Assembly (NCBI GenBank): GCA_964187785.1
Contig: OZ076409.1
Coordinates: 5,644,001 to 5,708,000 of the forward strand
Reading direction: 5' to 3'
Length of the DNA stretch: 64,000 nt
DNA from: Amphiscolops sp. MND2022
Lineage: Eukaryota
Position 1 is the stretch's first letter, and every line of letters starts with the position of its first letter. This document shows, piece after piece, positions 1-10,794 of the stretch. Both the position numbers and the translations under genes were made by a program. The notes under the pieces were generated by a model. The model saw nothing but the letters and a program-made list of their open reading frames with translations. It had not been told where the DNA came from and did no database searches.

Positions 1-722
1 TTCAGAGCTGGCAATAAAAAGAAGAAGTTCATGTTTAGAAAATTGAGAAGGTATGTTAGTACAAGCGTCTGGAATTCCAAATGAGTTGGTAGTTATTTCT
101 AAAAATACTTCTAAGAATCAAAGAGTATAACCGAATTTGTTCTTCAGTCTGGGTGTTTAAAGTGAAATTTTGAACGAATTGATGTTGGAAGTGAATTTGA
201 AGAATATCCGTAACAAGCCAATGATGAGGATTATTTTCAAGTGTACGAAGGTGTTCATTATTAGGGATTCAAAATAAATGTCTTTTGTGTGATGTGCTTG
301 TATAGCAGAGGGAGTGAAAAGATGATGAGGTAGGAGATTATTCTTCTCCGAGAGGTTTTTGAGAAAAGTTATGAAAACATGAGCGATGGGAATATAATTT
401 TTGGGGTAAATACTTTTACGAAAGGAATTAGTCGGATGAAGAGGAGAGGTGAAAAGTCTAGAGAAAGGACGTTCTTCAGGAGTAGAATTTACAGAATGAG
501 TGTCAATTTTTTAAAGAAATGAGTCGCGATGTTCACGAATGAGAGGGATAGTATAAAATCTTCAGAATAAGTTTCAAAAGAAAGGAGGACAGTGGTGTTA
601 TTGATAATGTTTTTAAGTGATAGTGTTAAAATGCGAGTGTTTTCGCGAGAAAGGCGAGGAGAACGAGAAGAATCAACTGCAAATGGGAGAGAAATCAGAG
701 GAGGAGGAGGTGTATCAGCCAT
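1..722 (-). pseudogene. gag: N-terminal domain of gag, element D (frameshifted)
   Basis: LISLPF...NIINNTTVLLSFETYSED aligns with B LIPLPF...NLIYNSTTPLSFETYPED and A PTPF...NIIFQYTNPLPFETEP. Confidence 0.75.
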
Positions 723-1056
723 CAGGAATGGTGAAGTGGGTGAAAAATGAGAAAAATACGATCGAGGAGAATATCAGGATCAATACGTGGTTCTGGAAGA
801 GGTGGTCGATTATTAAAAATATAGAGTTAATGGCGAAAATCTGAATATTAGGAAGAAAATTTCTGTAGAAGAAAAGAGAGGCAAGAGAAAGAATAGGAGA
901 AATGAGCAAGAGTTGAAAAACTGGAATGCAAGGGTTTGGGTTTGAAAGAAACAGAAAAATATTGAGAAAACGAATAAAGTGAGGAGTTGTTTGGTGGAAG
1001 GTGAAAGTAGTTAGGTTAAAGTGTAAAGTATATTGAAGAGAAGTGGGTAAAATCAA
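715..1056 (-). CDS. Hydrophobic upstream ORF3 of element D, overlapping the gag start
   Basis: NIFLFLSNPNPCIPVFQLLLIS matches B 29198-29434 (NLLFLLPNPCFALFQLILFS). Confidence 0.55.
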   Translation of the reverse strand: MILPTSLQYTLHFNLTTFTFHQTTPHFIRFLNIFLFLSNPNPCIPVFQLLLISPILSLASLFFYRNFLPNIQIFAINSIFLIIDHLFQNHVLILIFSSIVFFSFFTHFTIPDG

Positions 1057-1328
1057 TGAGTAGTAGTGTAATTCGGTAGGAGGTATGAGAAAGAGCGTTG
1101 GAGAGAAATTTTACTTTTGGGAAGAAAAGGGAAATGGGAAAATAGTATAGAAAGGAAGTGTGAGAAAAGGAGAGTAGGTTCGAAGATTTTTAGGTAAAAA
1201 GTGTGGTGACCAAGTTTTCAGCAAATCATAAGAAAAACAAGCATAGCAAAAATAATATGAGACAAAAAGTCTGAATGGTTGTAGCAAGGTTTTCGGTTAG
1301 AAACATTGGCTAGAGAGCGAAGAAAATA

Positions 1329-1442
1329 TCAGGGAATGAAATCAATCATGAATTTGTCGACGGCGAGAAAAGCAATTGCAAGCAGGCCACAAAAATCCAA
1401 TATAATCATTAGAGCACAGATGAGGTCATGGAGATTGTACAT
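1329..1442 (-). CDS. 37-aa predicted single-TM upstream ORF1 of element D
   Basis: MYNLHDLICALMIILDFCGLLAIAFLAVDKFMIDFIP; homologous ORFs sit at the same position in A and B. Confidence 0.6.
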   Translation of the reverse strand: MYNLHDLICALMIILDFCGLLAIAFLAVDKFMIDFIP

Positions 1443-1531
1443 GTCAAATTTAGGTTGCAAGTTTTTAAAAAAGGAAGAAGATGGAAAAGATGCACCGCCA
1501 GAAGATCGAGTCAAGAGGTTAGCACTAGAAA

Positions 1532-1767
1532 GTACCGACAAAGTCGAACCATTTTGATTAGTACAAAAGAGACGGTGTACCAGCACGTAGCTTAATCACT
1601 TCAGTGGTGATTAGTACAGAAAAAGGGTTCTACCAGCTTCGAGGCTGAATCACTTTTTGTGATTAGTACAGAAGAATTGTTTGTACTGACGACTTGGTCG
1701 AATGGTTAGTATAGAAGAAATGATGTACCGACTGTATGTCGAATCACTTTTGTTCGCGATTAGTACA
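1532..1767 (-). repeat. Five degenerate ~45-50 bp structured leader repeats (element D)
   Basis: Units gtac-[cagc/cgac]-loop-[gctg/gtcg]-aatcac-loop-gtgatt-agtac. Confidence 0.8.
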
Positions 1768-1821
1768 AAAAGAAGAAAAAAAATGTTTCGAGTAGAAAAA
1801 GGAAGGAAAGAAAAAGAGTCT

Positions 1822-1832
1822 TGGTCCCACCA
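1822..1832 (-). promoter_or_regulatory. Primer-binding site, element D
   Basis: TGGTGGGACCA on the element strand, 2 nt from the LTR; variant of the A/B PBS. Confidence 0.7.
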
Positions 1833-1834
1833 GT

Positions 1835-2135
1835 TAAAATACTTTTGGTTTTGTTTAAGTTTTGGAAAGTTATCAGATGAAATATTTCAAAGGAAAAGTA
1901 CTTCAAAGAGACGCTAACAGAGCTGCAGTGTCAGGTCTTAAGTCAAGACAACATGATTGTGAAGAGTAAGTTAGCGTTGTGTCGGATATAAATCAGATTG
2001 ATGCTTTACAATGTTGAGTATGGTATTGAATATAAATTAGATATCTTGATTACATTATTATTCAGATTACATACATCTAGTCTAGACATCAAGCAAAAAA
2101 GGGTGAATGATCGAATATGAGTTAAAAGTACATCA
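1835..2135 (-). repeat. 5' LTR of element D
   Basis: Similar to the B LTRs; starts taaaatact (B: taaagtact) and probably ends agtacatca (B: ggtatatca). Confidence 0.7.
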
Positions 2136-3287
2136 GTAATTGATCGAATATAACATACAAGTATGACTTTTCTTGCAAGGAGGTAACAGCAAAAAGTCAA
2201 TTTTTCGAATGAACCGCGCGTTTTATCGAAACGTCATCATGACCGAGAACAGTTTCACCAACAATCATTTTGAACACACCGAAAGTCCGCAATGTTTAGA
2301 TGCAATTTCCCGCCTTGTTCTAAGTGGTCAAAAGCATTTTCTGACACAGTCTAACAGTTCATGTTAATACAAAAATTGACGCCCTTCGGGCTCCAAAGAC
2401 GCATCAAAAAGCTCAAAGACATGAACGAATCAAACCTTGAAGCTACTTCTCGTTGCTTAAACTCTTTCTTCGAAAATCGCATTGCTCCAAAATTACGATA
2501 AAAACGAACACTCATGCCCAAGGCCTTGAAGACATTCAAAGTACTGGTATGTGGAATTGTTGAAGAAAATTTTTGAATGTACTTTGAATCTTGACCTAAG
2601 TCTTTGAAAAACCAAGCCTAAATCAAAGGCTAAGTCGCTCAGGTGCAGAGTGTAACGACCACGTCTAATGTCTAAATATAGTGATGTCGCGATTGCAAAA
2701 ATATTGTGAAAATTTCTATCTCCATGTTTGATGTGGCACTGAGCATGTGATTGCTCTTTCCGCAGTTTCCAAAGACAGCGAAGGAGCTAGAGCCACAAAC
2801 ACGGAAAGATTGCGAAAACCTTTGAAAAAACTCCTTTACAGGTGCTAATACCCGGTTTTTCGTGATTTCAGCAGTATGCTACCTTAAGTAGCAAAAACCG
2901 AAATTCAGTTTTATTGTCTAATTTACGAATCTGTACCTGTGGTGCCCAGCATACGAGCTTAATGTGGATGCTGCAGAACAATTATTCTGGACGTGCTTAC
3001 TGTACATTGGTGTGTTTTCATGGCTACTTTGCCAATATTGGACGTAATTCCCATGTCACATTGAATATTAGCGAAATTTATATTTCTTTTGGAACGTTTT
3101 TAAAGGCTGTCTAAGGAGTAGTTTCGGAGAGAAAAAGCGTAATTCACGTTACTGACAGCAATAAAAGACTGGAACAGAAAGACTATTGTGATGATCGAAT
3201 TTTGCGATCACGATTGATGGTCTTCGGTTTAACGACTAATTTGCTTTACTTGAGTCGAGCAAACACTCCAAGATGTATTTTCATTTA

Positions 3288-3545
3288 CTAGCTATGGCAT
3301 CTGAGCCTAACGGGAAACTTATGGTCACTGCGCAATTCTCCAAAGTAACAAACCTGATGCACTTTTTGACATATCGGACACTTTATCTCCCCAGGTTTTT
3401 CTTGACGTTGTTCCCATCGTAGCAGACACTTTTCCTCAGACTGGGGTCCGCACAAACTATGCCCGCAAAGAAGAAGCCTATAGAACAGAAGTGTCATGTT
3501 CTGATTGCTCTTGATTTTTTCAATGCAAGGAAACTGAAGCGTCTG
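3288..3545 (-). pseudogene. Degenerate RING-HC zinc-finger fragment
   Basis: LLLCGHSLC...KCL...GEIKCPICQK; the first CxxC pair is not intact. Confidence 0.45.
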
Positions 3546-4731
3546 TTTTCTGCGAAAGTTTGAATAAAAACGGTTCCTTTATACTATGAGCTAACAACAC
3601 TGTCATGTACCATAACTGTTTTCGTTGAAATTAGTGAAAGTGTGAATTGAACATTGACTTTTCTTCGTGGATAAAAATTTCATATAACACCGTAAACAAA
3701 TTTTCAATACTTTTTCTGAAACTTGAAATCTAACTAATGAGTGTTTTTCTACACTGAAAACAATGAAAAGTTCTAAAAATTAGTTTCACCGAACGAAATC
3801 GGCCCTAACTTGGTACAGTTTTATTCGTCAGTTTGTTTTTGTTGTTCAAAGTTGCATCTAAAACCATCTAGAATTTCTAATCATGTTGATTTCACTCAAA
3901 ATTGGTGATGCATGGCTAACTTCCGAACATGTTCTATCGTTTCAATTCATTGCTCTAGTTTTCTGTTTTGACTATCTCCGGAACACGTCAATGAATACAA
4001 TTTTGTCCTACTCACTTGGGGTCTTTCACTGTCATAGTACAGATGGGACATTCGATCAGTTTTCTCTTGGATCTGGAACTCATTTGGCCAGATATCGAGG
4101 GTTGCCCAGCTTGATTGCTCTTTGATGAAGAAGGGTGCATTGCTGATCAGTCAGGTAACTCTTGAAAATTTATACCAATCGAAATTTATGCGACACCAAG
4201 GGGAAGAAGCTTTGGGTTACTTCAAGTTATTTCAAATCATATAAGAGGAGAAAGATATGTTCAACAATGAATGTTTACGAAGATTTTCTGACGAAGCGCT
4301 CTGAAAATGTAGAACATCTAACGTTGCTTTGCACCCAAAATGTGAGCCAATTTTTCTTCGTTCTCAATCTATATAGACTTGCGTCTATTTTTGAAGCGTA
4401 TATTTGTTATGGGCAATCAACCGAATGTTTAATTGTAACTCATAACGTGGTTTAATTTGTATTCTAATGGCTAAGTCAGGAAGAGAAAGTTTGTCTCTTT
4501 TACTTAACTGTTTTGTGTGAAACTTCATCAAAACAATGCATCCTAAACGTAGTTTTTCATTCAACTTTGTTTGTCAACAACAAGTTGGTAGGCTAAACCA
4601 AAACTCGATAAACGGATAAACAAACGGATAAACAGTATTATTGATGTATTGGCTTTGCAGCGCCTAAACATTGGACAGGTTGTTGACCTAGCTAACTTAG
4701 CTAGTTGAGCTAGTTGACCAAGCTAGATTAG

Positions 4732-5837
4732 CAAACCCTGGTTGAAACTTCTTGATGTATGTACATCAGCAACATGTACTTTTTGCATGTACTTTAATGT
4801 TGTCAGCAACTTTTATTATGATTTTTCTAATACTCTTACGGAAACTTTCATGCGAAAATATTTACCTGTTGTATTCGATTTTATTCAAGCTGCTTGAAAG
4901 ATTCATCAAAGTTTTGGCGGCAATTTTAGTCCTTGAAGTTTTGCAGGTTTCATTAAGAAGCTGTACTAATTCTAAAACTTCAAAAAATGCTCTCAGTTTG
5001 AAAACAATTTTAATGCAAAAAACTTCAGTCACCTAATAAACTCCAAAGTAGCGTCATTTATGGCGTCCTATTTGAAAAGCGGTGATAACATCAGATGAGT
5101 TGTTGAGAAAACAAAGTGTAAATACAAAGTGGTCGTGTCGGTGATGATGATGTTGTTTTTATTTTCAAATTTAATTGCAGTAGTGCAAAATGCAGTGTAA
5201 TTCTACAAGATTTACCGCCTGATATACCACTGAATTTAATGTTTTCTAGTGGTAATCTCCAAGAGCTCCGTAGCTGAGACTGCAGGAACTTTTTACATGC
5301 TGCAGGTATGCATGCAGGGTAATTTTTTATAAAATCTAGAAATTCAGTGGTAATTCAGGTGGCGAATCTTGTAGCTCACTTCAAATGCAGTTTTTTTAAA
5401 CGTCAAAATGGCTAAATTCGAACATAAATTCCACTTCATCACCGACACAATCACTTTGTGCTTTGTGTTTACACTTTGTTTTCTCAACTACCCATCTGAT
5501 GTGATCACTGCTTCTCAAATAGGACGTTGAAAATGACACTAATTTAGGGTTTAGAACGCGACTGAAGTCATCTTGCATTAAAATGGCTTTTAAACTGAGA
5601 GCGTTTTTTTGAAGTTTTAGAATTAGAACTGTTTCTTAATGAAACTTGCAAATCTTCAAGACGTAAAATTGCCGCCAAAATTTTGATGAATCTTTCAAGC
5701 AGCTTGATAAAAGTCTAATACAACAGGTAAATATTTTCGCAAGAAAATTACCGTAAGAGTTTTAGAAAGTCTTGATAGAAATTGCTGGCAATATTGAAGC
5801 ACATGCAAAAAGTTCAAGAAATTTCAACAAGGGTTTG
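4732..5837. mobile_element. Foldback/MITE-like non-autonomous DNA transposon with ~500-bp imperfect inverted arms
   Basis: caaaccctggttgaaacttcttga at the left end pairs with tcaagaaatttcaacaagggtttg at the right end. Internal blocks also pair (tcaagctgcttgaaagattcatcaaa / tttgatgaatctttcaagcagcttga). Spacer ~5237-5340; no coding capacity. Confidence 0.85.
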
Positions 5838-6276
5838 TAACTCGAAATTGATAGTTACCATTCCATCAATCAATTTATTCATACTCAAGATGAGAAATAC
5901 CTTCTATGGTGTTTCAGCTTGCAACCTGGATGCCCAGGCACCGTGAACAGACACTAAGCTGATTGGTTCACACTGCACAATGCACTTACTACAGATGTGA
6001 AAGTATGCCGACTACAACGGTTTCTTCACGATTTTGCTACGTCAACCGCTAATTGAGTACAGTCCTTGTAGTTTTGCGTTCATATTTTTTGATGTCGGTA
6101 CTTTTTTGCTTGCTGTCGGTGTCACCTTTGTTTTCCAAACATTTAACGATCACATTTAGCGAAAGCAGAACCATTTAACAGATGATGCTGTTTTGACCTG
6201 TGCCGACGAAACACTCGATTTTTTTCCAATTTTCAGATCGTTCTGAGTGAACTTTCAGCTGAGCTACGTCGGCATC

Positions 6277-6736
6277 TGAGCTGTTAAAAAGTAGTGTTGT
6301 ATTTTCTTTTAGATGTTTTATTACAGACATAAGAAGTCTAAGATTTTAGCAGCAGAGTCGTCTTACTTTATACCTTGTAGCTAGCTAGTTCTAGGTACAA
6401 TCTATTTCTGAGATCTCAGTTCTTGAAGTGCTGGAGAGAAGACTGATCGTCAGGATGAAATCTCAATTTCTCCGAGTAGATATATTCTATTAACTAGGGT
6501 AGGTTTCATCAATTAACAATGTGACAGTAACAGGATGAACTGGTAGTAGGTTTCATCAATTAACAATGTGACAGTAACAGGATGAATCTAAGAAGCTAGT
6601 TACAGGATATATTAAATGGAGTTTCTTCTAGAATAATTAGCTTTCAAATGAGATTACATTTACTAATTACTTTGGTTAGGAGTTCAGAGTATTTCAGATT
6701 TATAGAATCTTTCAGGACATGCATCATGGCATCACA
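6277..6736 (-). repeat. 3' LTR of element A (contains an internal ~41-bp duplication at ~6499-6586)
   Basis: Matches 41375-41635 plus 60243-60397. Confidence 0.93.
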
Positions 6737-7999
6737 ATCAACCGGGAATTTAAAAATAAAATTACATTTATGCACTTTGGGTTTGAGGAGTTCTAAAAGT
6801 TTTTGTTTTAGATGTTATATGCATGGGTTTGTTTCATATGTGTTGTACTTGAGTTACATGAGTTTCGTTCTGTAGTGTACCATACTTTAGGAGTGAGAAC
6901 AACCTAAGACGATTTGACTTCTTACGTCATAGACGATTCAATTGGTGCAAAAAGGTTCAAGTTCTTTCAGTTTCTTTGACTGACAGTTTTCGGTCAAGTT
7001 ATTGTTGACAACTATTTAGTATTTCATGTTTCTTTCTTTTTCGTATCAGCCATCGGCTTGTTTGAAAAAATTTCATCAACATGAGTTAGTCAGCATTGAA
7101 AACTTTTCAAACTGAAGAATTAAAGCGTGAAGTTGTCAATGAGTTGTGGAGTTGTGAACCAACATTGGCGGGTATGTGAACCAAAAGTAAAGAAGTTTCG
7201 AAAAGTCAAGGTTCTAGTGAGAGTTCATTTTTAACGAAAGCGAAGAGTAGAGCATAAGCAAAAAGTTCAATAAAGAAAAGAACTTTGGCAATTGCAAGTT
7301 TCAAACATTGAAAAACAAGAAATTACAGTTTTGAAAAGTTCAAAAAAAAGTTTGAAAATTTTTTGGGGAATGCTTTTGGGAAGTAAAACAAAGGTGTAGA
7401 ACATGTTTTGTAAAAGAAAAATTTTTGTCCAAAATGTTAAAAAATTTCTTGTGCTGTAGGTAGGACTTGTGTTCAGCAAAAGATGGGGATTAGAGATATA
7501 TTTTTGGAGTGTATCATAGATGTAACAATAGAATTAGATAAGGTTATGTCAATGTACTATACACAAGACAATGGAAGTGGAAAATATTGCGGTTACAAAG
7601 GTAATTATAGGTAAAATTTTGTGGGGATTGCAACAGAGGGGTAATTATAATACGATTATAGAAGATTAAGATTATATAAGAGTATATAGCACTACGATGA
7701 AATGGGGGTTAAGATTATATACTGTATTGGAGTTACAATTTGATTAAAATAGATTACAATAAGCTACAAGTTATTTAGTTAAGATGAACTATATTTGTAC
7801 AATTGAGGGTTATAGATTAGTTAAAATTGGCTATATAGTTTAGTTTGAAAATTGACTCAATTTGAATCACATTGTTTGAAATTTGGAGAAGAGTGCAGTC
7901 CATTGAAGTGTGAACACCAGTCAAGAAGTCGACGAAGTAGTGACTGCCACAGAGAAAGACCAGTGAAGAGGCAGGTTGAGAAAGAGAAAGATGGGTGTC

Positions 8000-8718
8000 G
8001 GACAGAAAGACCAGTGAAGAGGCAGAGTGAGAAGAAGACCAGTGACGATGACAAGAAGAATGTTGGCAACGTCTGCGAACCCGAAGAGTGGATGGTTGAT
8101 GTTGACCATCTTGTGGGGTGTAGTGAAAGGTGTCAGCATGTGTAGGAGAAGTTCTTTGGAGGAGTGATCAGCAACCACATTTCGGAGCATCATCGAAGAA
8201 AGATGAAGGAATGAAGACGAAATGTAGTTGAAGAGTGAAATAAAAGTGAGTGAAAGTTTTTGTAAATTATTGAAACAGAGGATGTTGCGGCGGAGGATGT
8301 GCTCGATGCACATTAGGGTCGTAGTATTCAAGGGTTTGGGTGTACCCAAAATCTTTGACAACGTTATTGAAGGCTAGGATTGCTTCTTGTATGGCAGTTT
8401 TGAAGTATTGGTCTTTTGATGTAAATGCAGAATTCAAAACGAAAACAGCATTAGATGCAGTCTCGCAAATTGCGATTTTTGGGCCAGCCAAATGAATGCG
8501 AGAGTACTGTTCGAAAGTAATTTCTTCGTCTTGATCTGGGCAACATTGTAGAGAACTTTGAAAAAAGCAGTAATCGTCTTGGGGGTGATTTTATTCTTGT
8601 TGATTCCAAGAGAAAGTTTATAAGCCATTGTATGAAAGATGGCGGCTTTGAGGCTGTGTACTTTTGATTGACTGGAAGTCATAGTTATTATATCTTCTAC
8701 TTCAGCGTTGGGGGCCAT
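8000..8718 (-). pseudogene. Frameshifted accessory ORF of element A, unknown function
   Basis: ATG at 8718; overlapping ORFs 8434-8718 and 8267-8491 read as one broken protein; 3' end approximate. Confidence 0.45.
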
Positions 8719-8735
8719 GACGAGAGTGTGTTGTA

Positions 8736-8742
8736 GAAGAAG

Positions 8743-8772
<30 letters not shown>
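8736..8772. repeat. (GAA)n microsatellite
   Basis: About 12 perfect GAA units. Confidence 0.95.
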
Positions 8773-8774
<2 letters not shown>

Positions 8775-9182
8775 GAGATGTTCTGAAAGAGTATGGAAGG
8801 AGGAGGAAGAAGAATGGATGTTTCTAAAACACACGGAAAGTAAGAAATTTGACAACGACAATAGAAGAGAAGTACCATATATAAATGGTGCTAGAATGTA
8901 TCATACATTGTTTTGTGCTATACTGTCTTGTATGTTTTGTATCATTGTTTTATGTGGAGTTTTTTGACATAAACAGTTATTTTTGACATGTACTATAGGA
9001 AAGAAGTATGTACTTTAAAGATGGTCCTGAGATTCCATTCAGAAAGCAAGATATTACTTTGATTAAGTAGGCAAAAATATAAATACCTTTGATATAGTGT
9101 CAAAGATGTATCATAGAGTGTACCAGAGAAGAAAAATTAAGAGTTTTGTGTCACCTGTGGGAGAGTTTAATGAAGATTAGTT

Positions 9183-10580
9183 TTAGTTAAAAAGAGTAGT
9201 TATAGTTTTCAAAGCAGATTGAATTGCTAGGGATGATTGGGTGATGCGTTGAGAGTCTAAATCGAGTGTCTGAAGAAGTTTGTGTGTTCTGTCATAGCAG
9301 TGTAGTATATGTGTGAGTGTTGTGATAGGTGTTTCAGAGGAATTTCGTTTATAGGGTCCAAGTAAATTTGTCATGTCGCGAAGTGTTCGGTTATTCAGTA
9401 GAGAGGAAAGTTTGTCAGGAGCGTGTTTTATAGGTGGAGGGTGTGATTTATGTTCAATTTTTTGTTCAGCTTGTACCATAAAAGAAATAGTTTTTGCAGA
9501 AATAAAGAGAAGTTCATTGTAGGAATAAGTTTGCTTGTAGAGTGCTGTATAATAAGTTCTATCTTTATGGTCAAGTGGAGAAGATATTAGATGTTTAATG
9601 ACATTGAGAGGTTTGACAATTTGAGTAGGAATGTTGCAAGGCAACAAAATTTCATCGTAATGTATGAGGTATTCTTGAGGTACAATAAGTGGACGTGAAG
9701 TAATATTGTATGGAAGCAAACAGAAGTATTGTTTTATAGGGTCATAATTTCGAAGGTAGCCTGTTATACAGGAGTGGTCAAGAGTGTACATATTTGTCAT
9801 TGTGAACGGTGATGTATATTTGTAATTGACGAAGATGTGATTTTGTGGTTTCGTGTATTGTAGAAATTTAGTATACGTTTGATGATGAGTAGCTTTTTGT
9901 GAAATAGAAAGGAAAGATGGATCAGATTCAACTGTTTTGAGATCGTAGAGAGAAGGACGGAGAAAATTGGATTGTAGAGAGAAAATTTTGACTCCATTAT
10001 TGAGCCAATATTGGTATGGACCCATTATTTTGGAGGCAATTGATGAGAAGAAGTCTTGATTTTTGTCATATAAGCGGAATGAATAATCAGTAGGATGCAT
10101 ATAGAGAGAAGTTAGTTGTGCTTTAAAGACGAAATCGCCATTAGAAAGAAGTGGGGTCAAATGATCATCACAATTCGTGCAAAGTGAAATTTTTGAAGGT
10201 ATTGAAGGAGGGTATATTGGTGAAGAAAGAAAGATTGGATCTTTCATAATTTCATATCGCTTTTTTGGAGGAAGTGGTGTTGTTTGTGTATGATCAGTAT
10301 CATCTTGTGAAGGAGTAGGTTTTGAATTTTCGTGTTCAACTTTTGTGTGTTCCATTTGTTCAAGAAAAGTTGGAGGTGTTTGTTCAGAAGTCTCGATATA
10401 GAGAACGGGAGAATCATTTAAAAGAGGTCTAGTTATAAGATCTGTTGGGGTTGCTTGTTCGAGCTGTGTTTGTAGATCAAGTTGTGCCTGTTTCTGTAAG
10501 TCAAGTTGTGCTTGTGTCATTGTGTTTAAAGGAAAAACATCAACAATCACAGTGTTATCTATTCCAAGAGGCCTTAGCAC
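9183..10580 (-). CDS. 465-aa accessory ORF of element A downstream of env, unknown function
   Basis: Long open frame in AT-rich DNA, sense to the element; no recognisable motif; true start may lie further upstream. Confidence 0.65.
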   Translation of the reverse strand: MLRPLGIDNTVIVDVFPLNTMTQAQLDLQKQAQLDLQTQLEQATPTDLITRPLLNDSPVLYIETSEQTPPTFLEQMEHTKVEHENSKPTPSQDDTDHTQTTPLPPKKRYEIMKDPIFLSSPIYPPSIPSKISLCTNCDDHLTPLLSNGDFVFKAQLTSLYMHPTDYSFRLYDKNQDFFSSIASKIMGPYQYWLNNGVKIFSLQSNFLRPSLYDLKTVESDPSFLSISQKATHHQTYTKFLQYTKPQNHIFVNYKYTSPFTMTNMYTLDHSCITGYLRNYDPIKQYFCLLPYNITSRPLIVPQEYLIHYDEILLPCNIPTQIVKPLNVIKHLISSPLDHKDRTYYTALYKQTYSYNELLFISAKTISFMVQAEQKIEHKSHPPPIKHAPDKLSSLLNNRTLRDMTNLLGPYKRNSSETPITTLTHILHCYDRTHKLLQTLDLDSQRITQSSLAIQSALKTITTLFN

Positions 10581-10794
10581 TTTAAAGTGAAAGTACTTTA
10601 AATGACACTAACGAGTGGATTTATCAACTTCAGGTGAAGAGTTTTTGAAGACTGTTATGATTAGAGATGTGTTATTGGATTGAGGAAGATGAACTTCTGC
10701 AAGGGTTTCAAGCGGTGGAGGAGTAGCAAATGTGAAAAGATGAAGTAGTAGGCAAGTGTGCTGGAAAAGAGTTTACAAAAAACTGAAAGAGTGT

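Larger units (their letters stand above)
1..2135 (-). mobile_element. Element D: 5' end (LTR, PBS, leader, small ORFs, gag start) of a third member of the A/B Gypsy family; continues off the left edge
   Basis: LTR resembles the B LTR (shared gagacgctaacagagctgcagt, tatggtattgaa, tctagacat). PBS-like tggtcccacca present; leader repeats and ORFs are homologous to B. Right boundary uncertain (2135 or ~2155). Confidence 0.85.

Noticed and set aside
1532..1767. Leader repeat arrays (also 29965-30168) as CRISPR arrays or hammerhead ribozymes
   Set aside because: Degenerate units without unique constant-length spacers, no cas genes, eukaryotic TE context; CUGAnGA/GAAA hammerhead cores absent
2136..4731. 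Host gene in the non-TE interval
   Set aside because: Only short ORFs and a broken RING motif; no exon structure can be supported
7852..8145. Plus-strand ORF with repeated ERPVKRQ
   Set aside because: Arises from a local ~54-bp duplication, antisense to element A; no support for coding
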